The notes under the pieces were generated by a model, which had not been told where the DNA came from, ran no database searches, and was given only the letters and a program-made list of their open reading frames with translations. The translations under genes were made by a program, and so were the position numbers. 64,000 bases of DNA, from assembly GCA_036630325.1 (NCBI GenBank), contig CP142729.1, positions 558,001 through 622,000 of the forward strand. Direction: 5' to 3'. This DNA comes from Vairimorpha necatrix. Lineage: Eukaryota. Shown one piece after another: positions 11,340 through 20,780 of the stretch (position 1 is the stretch's first letter; each line of letters opens with the position of its first letter).

Positions 11340-12206
11340 ATGAAACTTATCATCTCACCACAACCACATTATTTCGCTATGCTTTTATCTCTCACTAACA
11401 TTTTATTCTTCACAAAAAAGATTTCTAAAAATATAACTACAAATTCCTATATAAACCAAGACAAATCAACTAGGCACAAAAAGACACTTTTAATGTTTAC
11501 TCTATATCTTACTCTTTTATTCTTCATCTTATACTCATTCTCATCTTCATTTATAGGCTACAGAAAAAACCAAATTATTTACAGATCTATCCAGTCTAAT
11601 GATTATTACGATATACTCAAATACATAGAAATAATCTATGAGACACTACTGAAATCTTCATTATTTCTTACACTAGTCATTTTTATACCTCTAGTATTTA
11701 CAAAAAATAATATTGATTTAATAATTAATTTTATATTGATTTATAGTGGTATAAGAATAATATCTTATCCACTACTAATACACATATTAAGAGAATATTC
11801 ATATTTCTCTACGTTTATACTCGAGATATTTCAAATATCTGAGACATTATTGCTTATATTCGTATTTGTAAAAATTTTAAACAATAAAAAAATTGTAGAA
11901 GATTGTAATTTGATAGAAACTTACGAACACGAATACATTTATCTGAAGATTATAAAGAAATGTAAATTTATAATAGGAGAACTGGGACTAGAACTAGTCT
12001 ATAGAATAGTATTAGTATATTTTATGATTAATAATATAGAAAATATAAATAAGTGGATGAATATCATTTATATAATGAAGATTGGATACATACAAATGAT
12101 GATTATGAGTGTAGAGACAGTGATATTTTGTAAAGAACAGGAGACATTTGATAATTTGATGAATTTTACAGAAGTACATAATGAATTAAAAAAGAGTAAA
12201 GTTTGA
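11340..12206 (+). CDS. Multi-pass membrane protein, unknown function
   Basis: 288-aa ORF with ~6-7 hydrophobic segments. Confidence 0.7.
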   Translation: MKLIISPQPHYFAMLLSLTNILFFTKKISKNITTNSYINQDKSTRHKKTLLMFTLYLTLLFFILYSFSSSFIGYRKNQIIYRSIQSNDYYDILKYIEIIYETLLKSSLFLTLVIFIPLVFTKNNIDLIINFILIYSGIRIISYPLLIHILREYSYFSTFILEIFQISETLLLIFVFVKILNNKKIVEDCNLIETYEHEYIYLKIIKKCKFIIGELGLELVYRIVLVYFMINNIENINKWMNIIYIMKIGYIQMMIMSVETVIFCKEQETFDNLMNFTEVHNELKKSKV

Positions 12207-12214
12207 AAAAAGCA

Positions 12215-12288
12215 TGCTCCGACTGGGATTCGAACCCAGGGCCTTCGCGTTATTAGCACGACGCTCTAACCGACTGAGCTACCAGAGC
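12215..12288 (-). tRNA. tRNA-Ile(AAT)
   Basis: Reverse complement GCTCTGGTAGCTCAGTCGGTTAGAGCG-TCGTG-CTAATAA-CGCGA...GGTTCGAATCCCAGTCGGAGCA. Confidence 0.95.
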
Positions 12289-12494
12289 TTATAGATGTGA
12301 TTTATTATATTAATTTAAATGTAATATAATTTGTAAGATATATTAAATGTGTACGGATAAAACTTAAATTTAAATAATTAAATGTGTAACAATTTGATCT
12401 TTATTGATTTAGACAGTATAGAATTTTGATGAAAACTTTATTGTAAAAAAATTAAATTAACAAATCTGATTTATAAAATTTCAAAACCTGTAGT

Positions 12495-12672
12495 AAAAAT
12501 TTGCATCTATATTTTATAATTTAAAATTTGCATCTATATTTTTATAATTTAAAATTTGCATCTATTTTTTATAATTTAAAATTTGCATCTATATTTTATA
12601 ATTTGAAATTTGCATCTATTTTTTATAATTAGAATTTGCATCTATATTTTTATATTTTTAAAATTTGCATCT
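12495..12672. repeat. ~27-bp minisatellite x7 (AAAATTTGCATCTATATTTTATAATTT)
   Basis: Seven ATTTGCATCT cores at ~27-bp spacing. A second degenerate array (ATAAAAATCTAGAGTAAAAATTTTT) follows to ~12840. Confidence 0.9.
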
Positions 12673-12855
12673 TTATATCTATCATTAATAAATCTAGAGT
12701 AAAAATTTTTATAATAAAAATCTATAGTAAATTTTTATAATAAAAATCTAGAGTAAAAATTTTTATAATTGAAAAACCTAAAGTAAAAATTTTATTTAAT
12801 ATGTAAAACCTATAGTAAATATTTTATTTAATATGTAAATATTTCTATTTATGTT

Positions 12856-13836
12856 CTATAATATCTTTGTCGTCTCTATTTCTTTTATAAATTCATCTAT
12901 ACTCATTTTATCTTTGTGCACTGCTTCATTCAAAAACCTCTTCCACATTTTACTCCCATTTTTCCCATGTAAAACATTCTGTAAAGGACTTAACATCCTA
13001 AATGTTATTTTTTCTCCACCATCAAATGTCTCCAAATATCTTTTTATAATCTCATACACATTCATATTATTATTTCCATATATAATATCTTCTATATTTT
13101 TAAATACTAAAATATTCTTTATAGCTTCTCTACCTATCATTATTCCATCTACCATATTTTCATATGGTAGATTTTTTATCCCACCATTTAGTATAAACTT
13201 AATATGTAATAACTCTTGTTTAATTCTATAAACGTATTCGTAATTCAAAGATGGTATATTTCTATTCTGTTTTGGGCTTAACCCACCAAGCCAACATTTC
13301 CTAGCATGTACATAAAATTTTTTAACAGGGCTATTTTGTACTAAAAATTTTACAAAATTGCTAAAAAATTCGTATGTGTCTAAATCGTCCACACCTACAC
13401 GGATTTTAAGGGATAAGACGATATTATGATCAGAATAGACAGTGTTTACTATTTTAGTGACTAGTTCTTTATCTTTCATTAGTACTGCCCCAAAGCAGCC
13501 TTTTTGTACTCTTGAGCTTGGGCAGCCCAAGTTCAAGTTAAAATGTTTACAACCATGTTGTTTTAGAATAGAAATTGCACTAGATATTTCTGTAGGATCA
13601 GATCCCCCTATTTGTACTACAGTGAGATCGTCTATGTCTCCGAGTCTTTGTAATAATTTAGTAGTAGATATATTAATAACGGTATTAGAGACGATCATCT
13701 CAGTGAAGAGGAGAGTGTGTTTTGAAGATATTCTGACGAATTTTCTGAAATTTGCTGTGGTGACTTCTAACATTGGAGCGAGAGATATTTCTAAATTTCT
13801 GTAGTCTTGAGATTTGAAGTTTTTTTCATTAACCAT
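12856..13836 (-). CDS. dusA: tRNA-dihydrouridine synthase, DusA-type
   Basis: LAPM, TEM, QIGGSDP, NLNLGCPSSRVQKGCFGAVLM, KIRVGVDD, HARKCWLGGLSPKQNRNIP, NGGI, GIMIGR. Confidence 0.9.
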   Translation of the reverse strand: MVNEKNFKSQDYRNLEISLAPMLEVTTANFRKFVRISSKHTLLFTEMIVSNTVINISTTKLLQRLGDIDDLTVVQIGGSDPTEISSAISILKQHGCKHFNLNLGCPSSRVQKGCFGAVLMKDKELVTKIVNTVYSDHNIVLSLKIRVGVDDLDTYEFFSNFVKFLVQNSPVKKFYVHARKCWLGGLSPKQNRNIPSLNYEYVYRIKQELLHIKFILNGGIKNLPYENMVDGIMIGREAIKNILVFKNIEDIIYGNNNMNVYEIIKRYLETFDGGEKITFRMLSPLQNVLHGKNGSKMWKRFLNEAVHKDKMSIDEFIKEIETTKIL

Positions 13837-14165
13837 AAGAAAAGGGGCGGGAATGTATGGGATCTATGTATATGTAATAGTATATACGTTATGGAATTTG
13901 ACTCTTCATTCGGTTATTATTTAAGATGCTCTAAATGTTCTTGAACTCTTGCATTCAACTTGGAGTTACATGATATAGTTATCATTGATACAATGTTTTT
14001 AAGTTCTAGATTTAAATCCAAAGAGATAAGTCTTTTTGGCTTAATAGAAGGACAATGATGTCAAGATAGAGGAAGAGTGTACGGCTCTTTATGTTTTCGA
14101 ATTATATAAACTTTTTTTAATACATTGTAAAATACAGTATTGTATACTTTTACAAATAAAAAATT

Positions 14166-14237
14166 TGACCTCGCCAGGATTCGAACCCAGAACCTTCGGG
14201 TCTGGAATCCGACGCGCTACCATTGCGCCACAAGGTC
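14166..14237 (-). tRNA. tRNA-Trp(CCA)
   Basis: Reverse complement GACCTTGTGGCGCAATGGTAGCGCG-TCGGA-TTCCAGA-CCCGA...GGTTCGAATCC...GAGGTCA. Confidence 0.95.
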
Positions 14238-14314
14238 TTGTAAATCGAGACACTGTTTAAATTTGTTCCCATTTTACCCGCCTTTTTAATAAAAAGATAT
14301 TTTCTTAAACAAGG

Positions 14315-14578
14315 ATGTACAAAAGTAAGAAGTCTTGGTGTACAAAGAAATATTTAAAAAAGGTAAAGTCTACTGAAATATTAATAAAGAGGAAATCTTT
14401 AGACACTAAGAAAATCAAGTCTATTAAGGAATGTATTCCTAAAGTAGTGTCTCCTAAGAGGATAGGCACACCTAAAAGGATAGTCCAGTTGATGTCTCCT
14501 AATGGGTATGTAGAGATAAAAGGGAGTAAAGAGAAGAATAATTATGGATGTAGTAGAAGAATAGACTTTTTAAATTAG
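14315..14578 (+). CDS. Small basic hypothetical protein
   Basis: 87-aa Lys-rich ORF with SPKR/TPKR/SP motifs; AATAAA follows the stop. Confidence 0.55.
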   Translation: MYKSKKSWCTKKYLKKVKSTEILIKRKSLDTKKIKSIKECIPKVVSPKRIGTPKRIVQLMSPNGYVEIKGSKEKNNYGCSRRIDFLN

Positions 14579-14738
14579 TAAATAAAATGAATTATTGTTT
14601 TATAAATATGTTTTATTATATATATAAATATTATTGCATAAATATGTTTTATTATATTTATATATATGTTTTATTATATTTATATATATAAATATTATTG
14701 TTTATATTTAAAAATATTCTTGTTGTTTTAATTTACCC

Positions 14739-16067
14739 ATGAAATCTAATATTAATTTCTCGGATACTCCAAGTCTAAATCATTTTGATAACTCAAAAAT
14801 CATCCATCTTTTAAGAAAAAAATACCACAAAAAAAGATCAAATTTCCAATGTTCTTTATGTCCATCAAAAGACTCTTTACTAGTCTGTTTACACTGTAAA
14901 ATGATCTTCTGTCCTCAAGACAAGTGTAAACATCTCAATTTTTTCTTAAATTTAGACTCCATTTTCACTTCTTATAAATCTAATACAACAAAACATGTTA
15001 TAATTCATAAGATGTTTACAAATATCCCTTTTAAATTACGAGGTCTTCCTAATCATGGAAATACTTGTTACATCAACTCACTTCTTCAAGTATTCGTCAA
15101 TTTACAAGATTTTACTCGTCTACTTTTGTCTACAAATAAGTGTCATAATGAAATATGCCTGTTTTGTCGTACTAGAGACATGTTTACAGGGTATTTGACT
15201 AATAATAAAAACACACTTTTGGAATTAATAAAAACTATAATGAAGAGTAATGTGGAGTTTAGTAATAAAGATCAACAAGATGTGCACTCGTTTTACTTGT
15301 TTATGGTTGATATGAGTTGTGTAAAAAAAAAAATATTTAATAGTACCTTAATTAAAAACCATAAAACTAGTAATGAAAAAACGCCAGAATTTAATATTGA
15401 AGTAGCGCAAAAGACAACAACAAATGAATTTATTAATATTGAAGATACAAATGTAATTGAATATAATATTAAAGCAGCGCAAAAGACATTAAAAGTAAAA
15501 ACAAATGAAATTGAAGCAGCACAAAAGACATCAAATGTAAAAGACTTTCATAAATTATCAAATCTCTTCAAAATTAAAGGCAATTACATCCTTAAATGTC
15601 TAGAATGTAAAAACAAAAAATCAATCTCAAAAGAAATCTTTCTTTCTTTATCTCTAGACTTCTCTCAAACACTAAAAACAAGTTTACTAAACTTTTTTAC
15701 TAAAGAAATCCTCACTGATTCCTTAAATTGTCCAATTTGTCATAAAAACACGAAATTTGTAAAATTTTTTAAATTAAAAAAAACTAGTAAAATTTTAGTT
15801 TTACATTTAAAAAGATTTAAAATGATAAAACAAGTTTATTCGAAGATTGATAGTGAAATGAAAATTGATCATGAGTTGGATTTTAAGACTGGGAAGTATA
15901 AACTTAAAGGGTTTATAATTCATAAAGGGAGTTTGCATTTTGGACATTATATGACTTGTATAGTGAAAGATGGAGAGTGTTATTGCCTTGATGATGACCG
16001 AGTTACAGTAGTGAAAGGGAATGAATATTTACAGAAGGCGTATTTATTATTTTATGAGAGAATATAA
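14739..16067 (+). CDS. Ubiquitin C-terminal hydrolase (USP family) with N-terminal zinc finger, Ubp8/USP22-like
   Basis: Cys box GLPNHGNTCYINSLLQ, QQDVHSF, His box HKGSLHFGHY, LDDD, AYLLFY; N-terminal CxxC...CxxC. Confidence 0.9.
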   Translation: MKSNINFSDTPSLNHFDNSKIIHLLRKKYHKKRSNFQCSLCPSKDSLLVCLHCKMIFCPQDKCKHLNFFLNLDSIFTSYKSNTTKHVIIHKMFTNIPFKLRGLPNHGNTCYINSLLQVFVNLQDFTRLLLSTNKCHNEICLFCRTRDMFTGYLTNNKNTLLELIKTIMKSNVEFSNKDQQDVHSFYLFMVDMSCVKKKIFNSTLIKNHKTSNEKTPEFNIEVAQKTTTNEFINIEDTNVIEYNIKAAQKTLKVKTNEIEAAQKTSNVKDFHKLSNLFKIKGNYILKCLECKNKKSISKEIFLSLSLDFSQTLKTSLLNFFTKEILTDSLNCPICHKNTKFVKFFKLKKTSKILVLHLKRFKMIKQVYSKIDSEMKIDHELDFKTGKYKLKGFIIHKGSLHFGHYMTCIVKDGECYCLDDDRVTVVKGNEYLQKAYLLFYERI

Positions 16068-16376
16068 AAATTTAAATATTTATTGTATATTGGCTATAAA
16101 TAGCAATATTATTATTAAATACCCTTTATGTCTACTATTCTCAACATTTATTGTATATTAAAATTTTAAATATTTATCGTATATTAAAATTTATTAATAT
16201 TTTATAATTATAGTATATGAAGCATATTTTAAAATATATATGTAAAAACTAACCCTTAAGATTAGCTATGATTTTTGTATGTAAAAACTAGCCTTTAAGT
16301 TCAGCTATGATTTTTTATCATGTAACCGTAGCCTAGCAAAATCAAAAATAACAACTAAAATATTTAGAAAAAAGAT

Positions 16377-16448
16377 GGGCCCAACCGGGATTCGAACCCG
16401 GGACCTTCTGCACCCAAAGCAGATATCATACCACTAGACTATCGGGCC
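16377..16448 (-). tRNA. tRNA-Pro(TGG)
   Basis: Reverse complement GGCCCGATAGTCTAGTGGTATGATA-TCTGC-TTTGGGT-GCAGA...GGTTCGAATCCCGGTTGGGCCC. Confidence 0.95.
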
Positions 16449-16526
16449 ATGTAAAAATAAAATATTATATTATTGTATCTTATAAAATATAATCAACTAT
16501 TTTTCTTTTACAACCCCTTTTGATTT

Positions 16527-17333
16527 ATGAATTACGAGGAAGATTTAGAAGATAATCTTAAAAATCTCAATTCTATAAAACATTCCTCTTCTTCTATAAA
16601 TGACTTCATCACACAACTTGACTCTTACAAATCAGAGCTTGACGCTCTAAACCTTTCTCTTATAAATCTCAATGAAGATTTAAAACACTATGACTTCTTA
16701 GACTATTTATATTTCAAGAAGTCTCAGAATATCATAAATTTAGGAATAGTCAACAATTTAATCCAACAATTAAAAATATGTAAAAATGAGATAGACAATC
16801 CCGAATATTTAAATAAAACAGATATTTGTTACAAATATCTGCTCAATGAAGGATATTCTTTTATAAACAAGATACTTAAAAAGAGTGTAGACATTTTATA
16901 CATGAATGATGATTTCTGTGTTTTTACTAATCTGATAGAAGATGATAGACAAATCAAGCAGATGATTTTGTGGCACAGGACACAGGAATGTGTAAAAAAG
17001 AGAATGTTTTATAAAGGAGATTTAAATGTGTTTTATAGAATGATGATCAAACAAGAGTGCTTTGTGTGGTACACATTGTTTTATAAAGATTTTATTAAAA
17101 GTTTAAATAATTTGATGAATGGGGAGTGGACTCTGTTTGAGAGATTTCTGTATTCTGTTTTGATTTATTATTTTGAGAATGAGGAATTTATAGATTTAAA
17201 TAAAGAAAAGAAAGAGTGTAAATTTGAGGAATTTAGTAAGTCAGTGGAAGTACAAGATTATGTTTATGATTTGATACTTGAGAAATGTTATAAAGAATAT
17301 ACAGGAGATACCAAGAAAGTCATGGAAATATAA
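16527..17333 (+). CDS. Hypothetical protein (N-terminal coiled coil)
   Basis: 268-aa ORF with CCCC ~10 nt upstream of the ATG. Confidence 0.7.
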   Translation: MNYEEDLEDNLKNLNSIKHSSSSINDFITQLDSYKSELDALNLSLINLNEDLKHYDFLDYLYFKKSQNIINLGIVNNLIQQLKICKNEIDNPEYLNKTDICYKYLLNEGYSFINKILKKSVDILYMNDDFCVFTNLIEDDRQIKQMILWHRTQECVKKRMFYKGDLNVFYRMMIKQECFVWYTLFYKDFIKSLNNLMNGEWTLFERFLYSVLIYYFENEEFIDLNKEKKECKFEEFSKSVEVQDYVYDLILEKCYKEYTGDTKKVMEI

Positions 17334-17427
17334 AACAAATTAATATTATTTGAATAATTAATATTATTAGAATAATTAATGTTGTAATAAATTAATATTA
17401 TTTATAACATACATAATTATAGTATTA

Positions 17428-17661
17428 TTATTTATATTCTTGTATCATTTTTACATTATTACATCTTATAAATACTCGCCCTAATTCACTGACATTATCA
17501 AAATCAACCTCCTTACAATCAGCAAGGACAAAGTTGAAATATTTATCATATTCCATAAGTAGGCCTTCGTAATATTGGCCCCACTTAAAAAACACTCTGA
17601 CTTTCTTATTAGTAAGTCTAGTAAGAAACTGCTTAGGATTCTCTAAATCTTGATCAGGCAT
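17428..17661 (-). CDS. SMX3: Small nuclear ribonucleoprotein SmF
   Basis: NPKQFLTRLTNKKVRVFFKWG..YEG.L...DKYFN and IRCNNV match SmF. Start reassigned to MPDQ at 17661 (CCC motif upstream). Confidence 0.85.
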   Translation of the reverse strand: MPDQDLENPKQFLTRLTNKKVRVFFKWGQYYEGLLMEYDKYFNFVLADCKEVDFDNVSELGRVFIRCNNVKMIQEYK

Positions 17662-17745
17662 AAAATGAGGGATAAAAACACACCACAAGTATAAAACAAA
17701 AATCTATATACATAATATATATTATGTATATTTAAAATAAATATT

Positions 17746-19320
17746 TTAATGATCTTCATCCCAATCTGCATTCATTCTGGGCTTAATATTCAACTTCTCT
17801 TGACTTCCTATCAAATAATCCTCTGTCTCATACATGACAGCTATAAAATCTAATGCATATTTCATAGCCCGGATCTTACTACTGTAAATATCAAAAGTAA
17901 ACTTGTCAATCTTCTTGAAATTAGAAAACACTGTACTCAGAGACATAAAGGCATATTTCATATGAAGATCATCTGAAAAGGAATCAGCCTTCTCTTTAAA
18001 AAGAAGAGTCAAGGCATGCTCAAATATCCCTGAGCCTGGAACTACTTCCACTGTATTATTCTTGACATTCTGACTGAGGGCCCTCAGTGTCTTAATAATA
18101 ACTCTCTCGTGTTCATCAAGGACAACATCAAGAGAACTCCTTAGGACTATGGTGTAAATCTCCTTACCTATAAATTTAGTATACAATTTACTACTCTTCT
18201 CAAACACTTCCATGTTCTTTACAAATCCCAAATTCGAGATAGGCTCTAATACGGGGGAAATGGATCCACCAAGGCAGTCTCTAATTCTTCTTAGATCGTG
18301 TTTACTCATAATCTTAAATACCACTTTATTGGCTTTATTACAAAAATCAAGGAAAATATTATCGACCTTACCACTGCAAATAATCAAGTCAGACTTCAAT
18401 GAGTCGACTTTCTCTTTGATAAAATTTATCTCTTCATTGGTGAAATTATATAATTCCTCAGACGTGTTCATTAAAATTGTACTTTTTAATTCTGCCCTAC
18501 TAATGTCTAAAGGACAATTATAAATGGCAGAGGATCCATCCTTGAGTGACTTCCTTATGGAATCTGGTACTCTATCGAAGACCATCCCTTCTTCAATGTA
18601 ACTGTCTTCAATAGTACCAGTGAGCATCTTATGGATTCTGATCTTCTCTGTACTGAAGGACTTAGTCTTCAGAATACTCTCCTGCACTAAGGATTTGATT
18701 TTCTTATTATTTATAAGCGAATCAAGAAGTAAAGAAAATGTGGGCTGTACTTCCTCATCTTGTTTGGGTTGTGTTTGTTTGTCTTGTGTGGATGTTAGTT
18801 CCTTGTCCTTATAGACTTTTTCATTGTCTTGTTTAAGCTGTAGTTGTCTGTCTTGTATAGTCATTTTATTAAGATCTTCTTCTAGATTATTTTCTCCAAA
18901 TATATCAACTTTCTTACTAAACCCACCACACATTTCATTTAACTCTGTCCCTATATTTCTATAAATCTCTCCCAATACTGTAGGCTTAACTCCTTTCTCT
19001 ACTATCTGGAAACTTTCATTTATCAAATACTTAACCACAAGTAAAAAATATTTACTAGAGTCTCCTACAGTATCCAACTTCTTAACATATTCTATCAATA
19101 ACTTAACAAGTGGATGATTAATCTTAACATTGTCTAATATTACTGATGGACAATTAGTATTTTTAATACAATTATAATCTGTCTGTATAAGTTTCGTATG
19201 GTAAGATTTGCCATATAATTTATCAAACATGGATATTAGAGAGGTGAGCTTTTTTGTTACTACAGTGTATTTTGCCTTTTCTTCGGTTTGTGATTGAGAA
19301 ATAAAACCCGATGTGTTCAT
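17746..19320 (-). CDS. CCT8: T-complex protein 1 subunit theta
   Basis: Chaperonin features (HPLVKLL, VGDSS, YNCPLDISRAELKSTIL, SKHDLRR, VVPGSG) and C-terminal DWDEDH typical of CCT8. Start MNTSG at 19320 after CCC. Confidence 0.85.
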   Translation of the reverse strand: MNTSGFISQSQTEEKAKYTVVTKKLTSLISMFDKLYGKSYHTKLIQTDYNCIKNTNCPSVILDNVKINHPLVKLLIEYVKKLDTVGDSSKYFLLVVKYLINESFQIVEKGVKPTVLGEIYRNIGTELNEMCGGFSKKVDIFGENNLEEDLNKMTIQDRQLQLKQDNEKVYKDKELTSTQDKQTQPKQDEEVQPTFSLLLDSLINNKKIKSLVQESILKTKSFSTEKIRIHKMLTGTIEDSYIEEGMVFDRVPDSIRKSLKDGSSAIYNCPLDISRAELKSTILMNTSEELYNFTNEEINFIKEKVDSLKSDLIICSGKVDNIFLDFCNKANKVVFKIMSKHDLRRIRDCLGGSISPVLEPISNLGFVKNMEVFEKSSKLYTKFIGKEIYTIVLRSSLDVVLDEHERVIIKTLRALSQNVKNNTVEVVPGSGIFEHALTLLFKEKADSFSDDLHMKYAFMSLSTVFSNFKKIDKFTFDIYSSKIRAMKYALDFIAVMYETEDYLIGSQEKLNIKPRMNADWDEDH

Positions 19321-19409
19321 TTTTGAGGGTTGGAAAAATCTCAAGTAGAATTTTTTTTTTTATTTTTTTATGCTGAAATTTTTTTATTTATGCTTTTTTG
19401 CATAAAGAG

Positions 19410-19429
19410 TTTGTTTGTTAACAAACAAA
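19410..19429. promoter_or_regulatory. Perfect 20-bp palindrome TTTGTTTGTTAACAAACAAA in the divergent CCT8/RPS27 promoter
   Basis: Exact self-reverse-complement at the centre of the 190-bp head-to-head spacer. Regulatory role is inferred. Confidence 0.5.
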
Positions 19430-19510
19430 GTGACTGCATAAAAAATGTATTAAATTATTTATGTTTAGACACATTGATCTTATTTTTTTTTTTTTTTTTT
19501 ATCCCATAAA

Positions 19511-19795
19511 ATGGTAAGTAAAAATTTACATAATTTTCAGAATTTTGATTTAGCTTTCCCTACAGAAGAACAAATAAAAAAGACTCACAAGACCAAGAAT
19601 TTATATGCAGTCCCTACTGGTTATTTTATGCAAGTCTTATGTGATGGATGTAAAGGAGTTACTTTATGTTATTCTCATTCTCAGAGAGACATGAACTGCA
19701 AGGGATGTGGAGAGACCATTTTGAAGAGTACAGGAGGAAAAGCGGGATTAATTGGAGAATGTGCTTTTAAGAAAGTTGATTATTCCTTTGAATAA
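19511..19795 (+). CDS. RPS27: 40S ribosomal protein S27 (eS27); exons 19511-19513 and 19541-19795
   Basis: [34 protein letters not shown]. Intron GTAAGT...TAAT...CAG directly after the ATG. Confidence 0.93.
   Translation: MVSKNLHNFQNFDLAFPTEEQIKKTHKTKNLYAVPTGYFMQVLCDGCKGVTLCYSHSQRDMNCKGCGETILKSTGGKAGLIGECAFKKVDYSFE
19514..19540 (+). other. 27-nt spliceosomal intron
   Basis: GTAAGTAAAAATTTACATAATTTTCAG: 5' site GTAAGT, branch-like TAAT, 3' CAG. The post-ATG position is typical of microsporidian ribosomal-protein introns. Confidence 0.85.
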
Positions 19796-19808
19796 AGAAT
19801 TTTAATAT

Positions 19809-19968
19809 TTAATGTTTTTATATATTTTGAAATACAACATAATGTTTTGTATCTTAAAATACAACATAATGTTTTTATATCTTAAAATACATAATGTTTT
19901 TATATTTGAAATACATAATGTTTTTATATCTTATAATTATAATATAATGTTTTATATCTTAAAATACA
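19809..19968. repeat. ~25-28-bp AT-rich minisatellite (ATAATGTTTTTATATCTTAAAATAC)
   Basis: About 6 degenerate copies; generates the spurious ORF 19812..20000. Confidence 0.8.
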
Positions 19969-20029
19969 TTAGTGCTTTTACATCTATCATTAAGACTTAA
20001 GCATATTTTATAATTTTTTTTTGTCTTGC

Positions 20030-20596
20030 ATGAATTACACTTGGCGAATTTTTAAATATTCAAAATTAATTGACAATCCGTCTGACACTTTCTCTTACTG
20101 CAAACAAAACATAGACTCAGTCAGTCAGACAGTCATGCACTCCCAGTTCGATTCTCAAGGTATTAAAAAGACCCAGTGGCTACATATTTTCATGGAAAGT
20201 AACAGGTTTATAGAAATCAAGATTTACAATAATTCTTTAGAAATTACTCTGAATATTCATAATCCGCCTAATATTCAGATTACAATATTAGAGAAATTAG
20301 ATAATTTCAAGATATTTAAAATGTGCCTTAAAGGCCGAGTATTGGCCTTTAAGTTTGTAAATATTTGTAAAAGGTTTCAGATTGTTTTTTTCAATGATGA
20401 AGAAGCAAGTGTCTTTTTTAAGAAGTTTAATAATTTGATAGACTTTGAGAATGAAGATGAAAAACACACGCAGACTTTGAGAGTGAAATTTCTCAATTTA
20501 TTTGTAGATGAAAAATTAGACGAAGATTTTTTAGAATCAATGAAGACCAATGAGACCAAAGAAGAATTAATTAAGAAATTTCTCCAATTAATATAA
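20030..20596 (+). CDS. REC114-like meiotic recombination protein (PH-like domain), putative
   Basis: W-x-I-x-KYSK at the N-terminus, then QWLHI, ITILEKL and LAFKF...KRFQIVF...F, in the order of Rec114 signature motifs. First ATG at 20030. Confidence 0.6.
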   Translation: MNYTWRIFKYSKLIDNPSDTFSYCKQNIDSVSQTVMHSQFDSQGIKKTQWLHIFMESNRFIEIKIYNNSLEITLNIHNPPNIQITILEKLDNFKIFKMCLKGRVLAFKFVNICKRFQIVFFNDEEASVFFKKFNNLIDFENEDEKHTQTLRVKFLNLFVDEKLDEDFLESMKTNETKEELIKKFLQLI

Positions 20597-20780
20597 CCGA
20601 ATAAAATTGATATAATATAAATTTCAAATATATAAATGGTATTATATACGATAGAATATAACTAAAATTTATCAATTAAATTTTAATTATCAAAAATTAA
20701 TTATCAATAAAATATAGTGTAAAAAGATTTAATAAAAAATTTTTAAATAAAATATTAAAAAAATTTTAATAAAATTTTTT

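Noticed and set aside
13845-14095. Possible snRNA (U2-like CTTTTTGGCT) between dusA and tRNA-Trp
   Set aside because: No GTAGTA branch-pairing motif or other supporting structure was found.
19812-20000. 62-aa ORF
   Set aside because: Translation of an AT-rich minisatellite.
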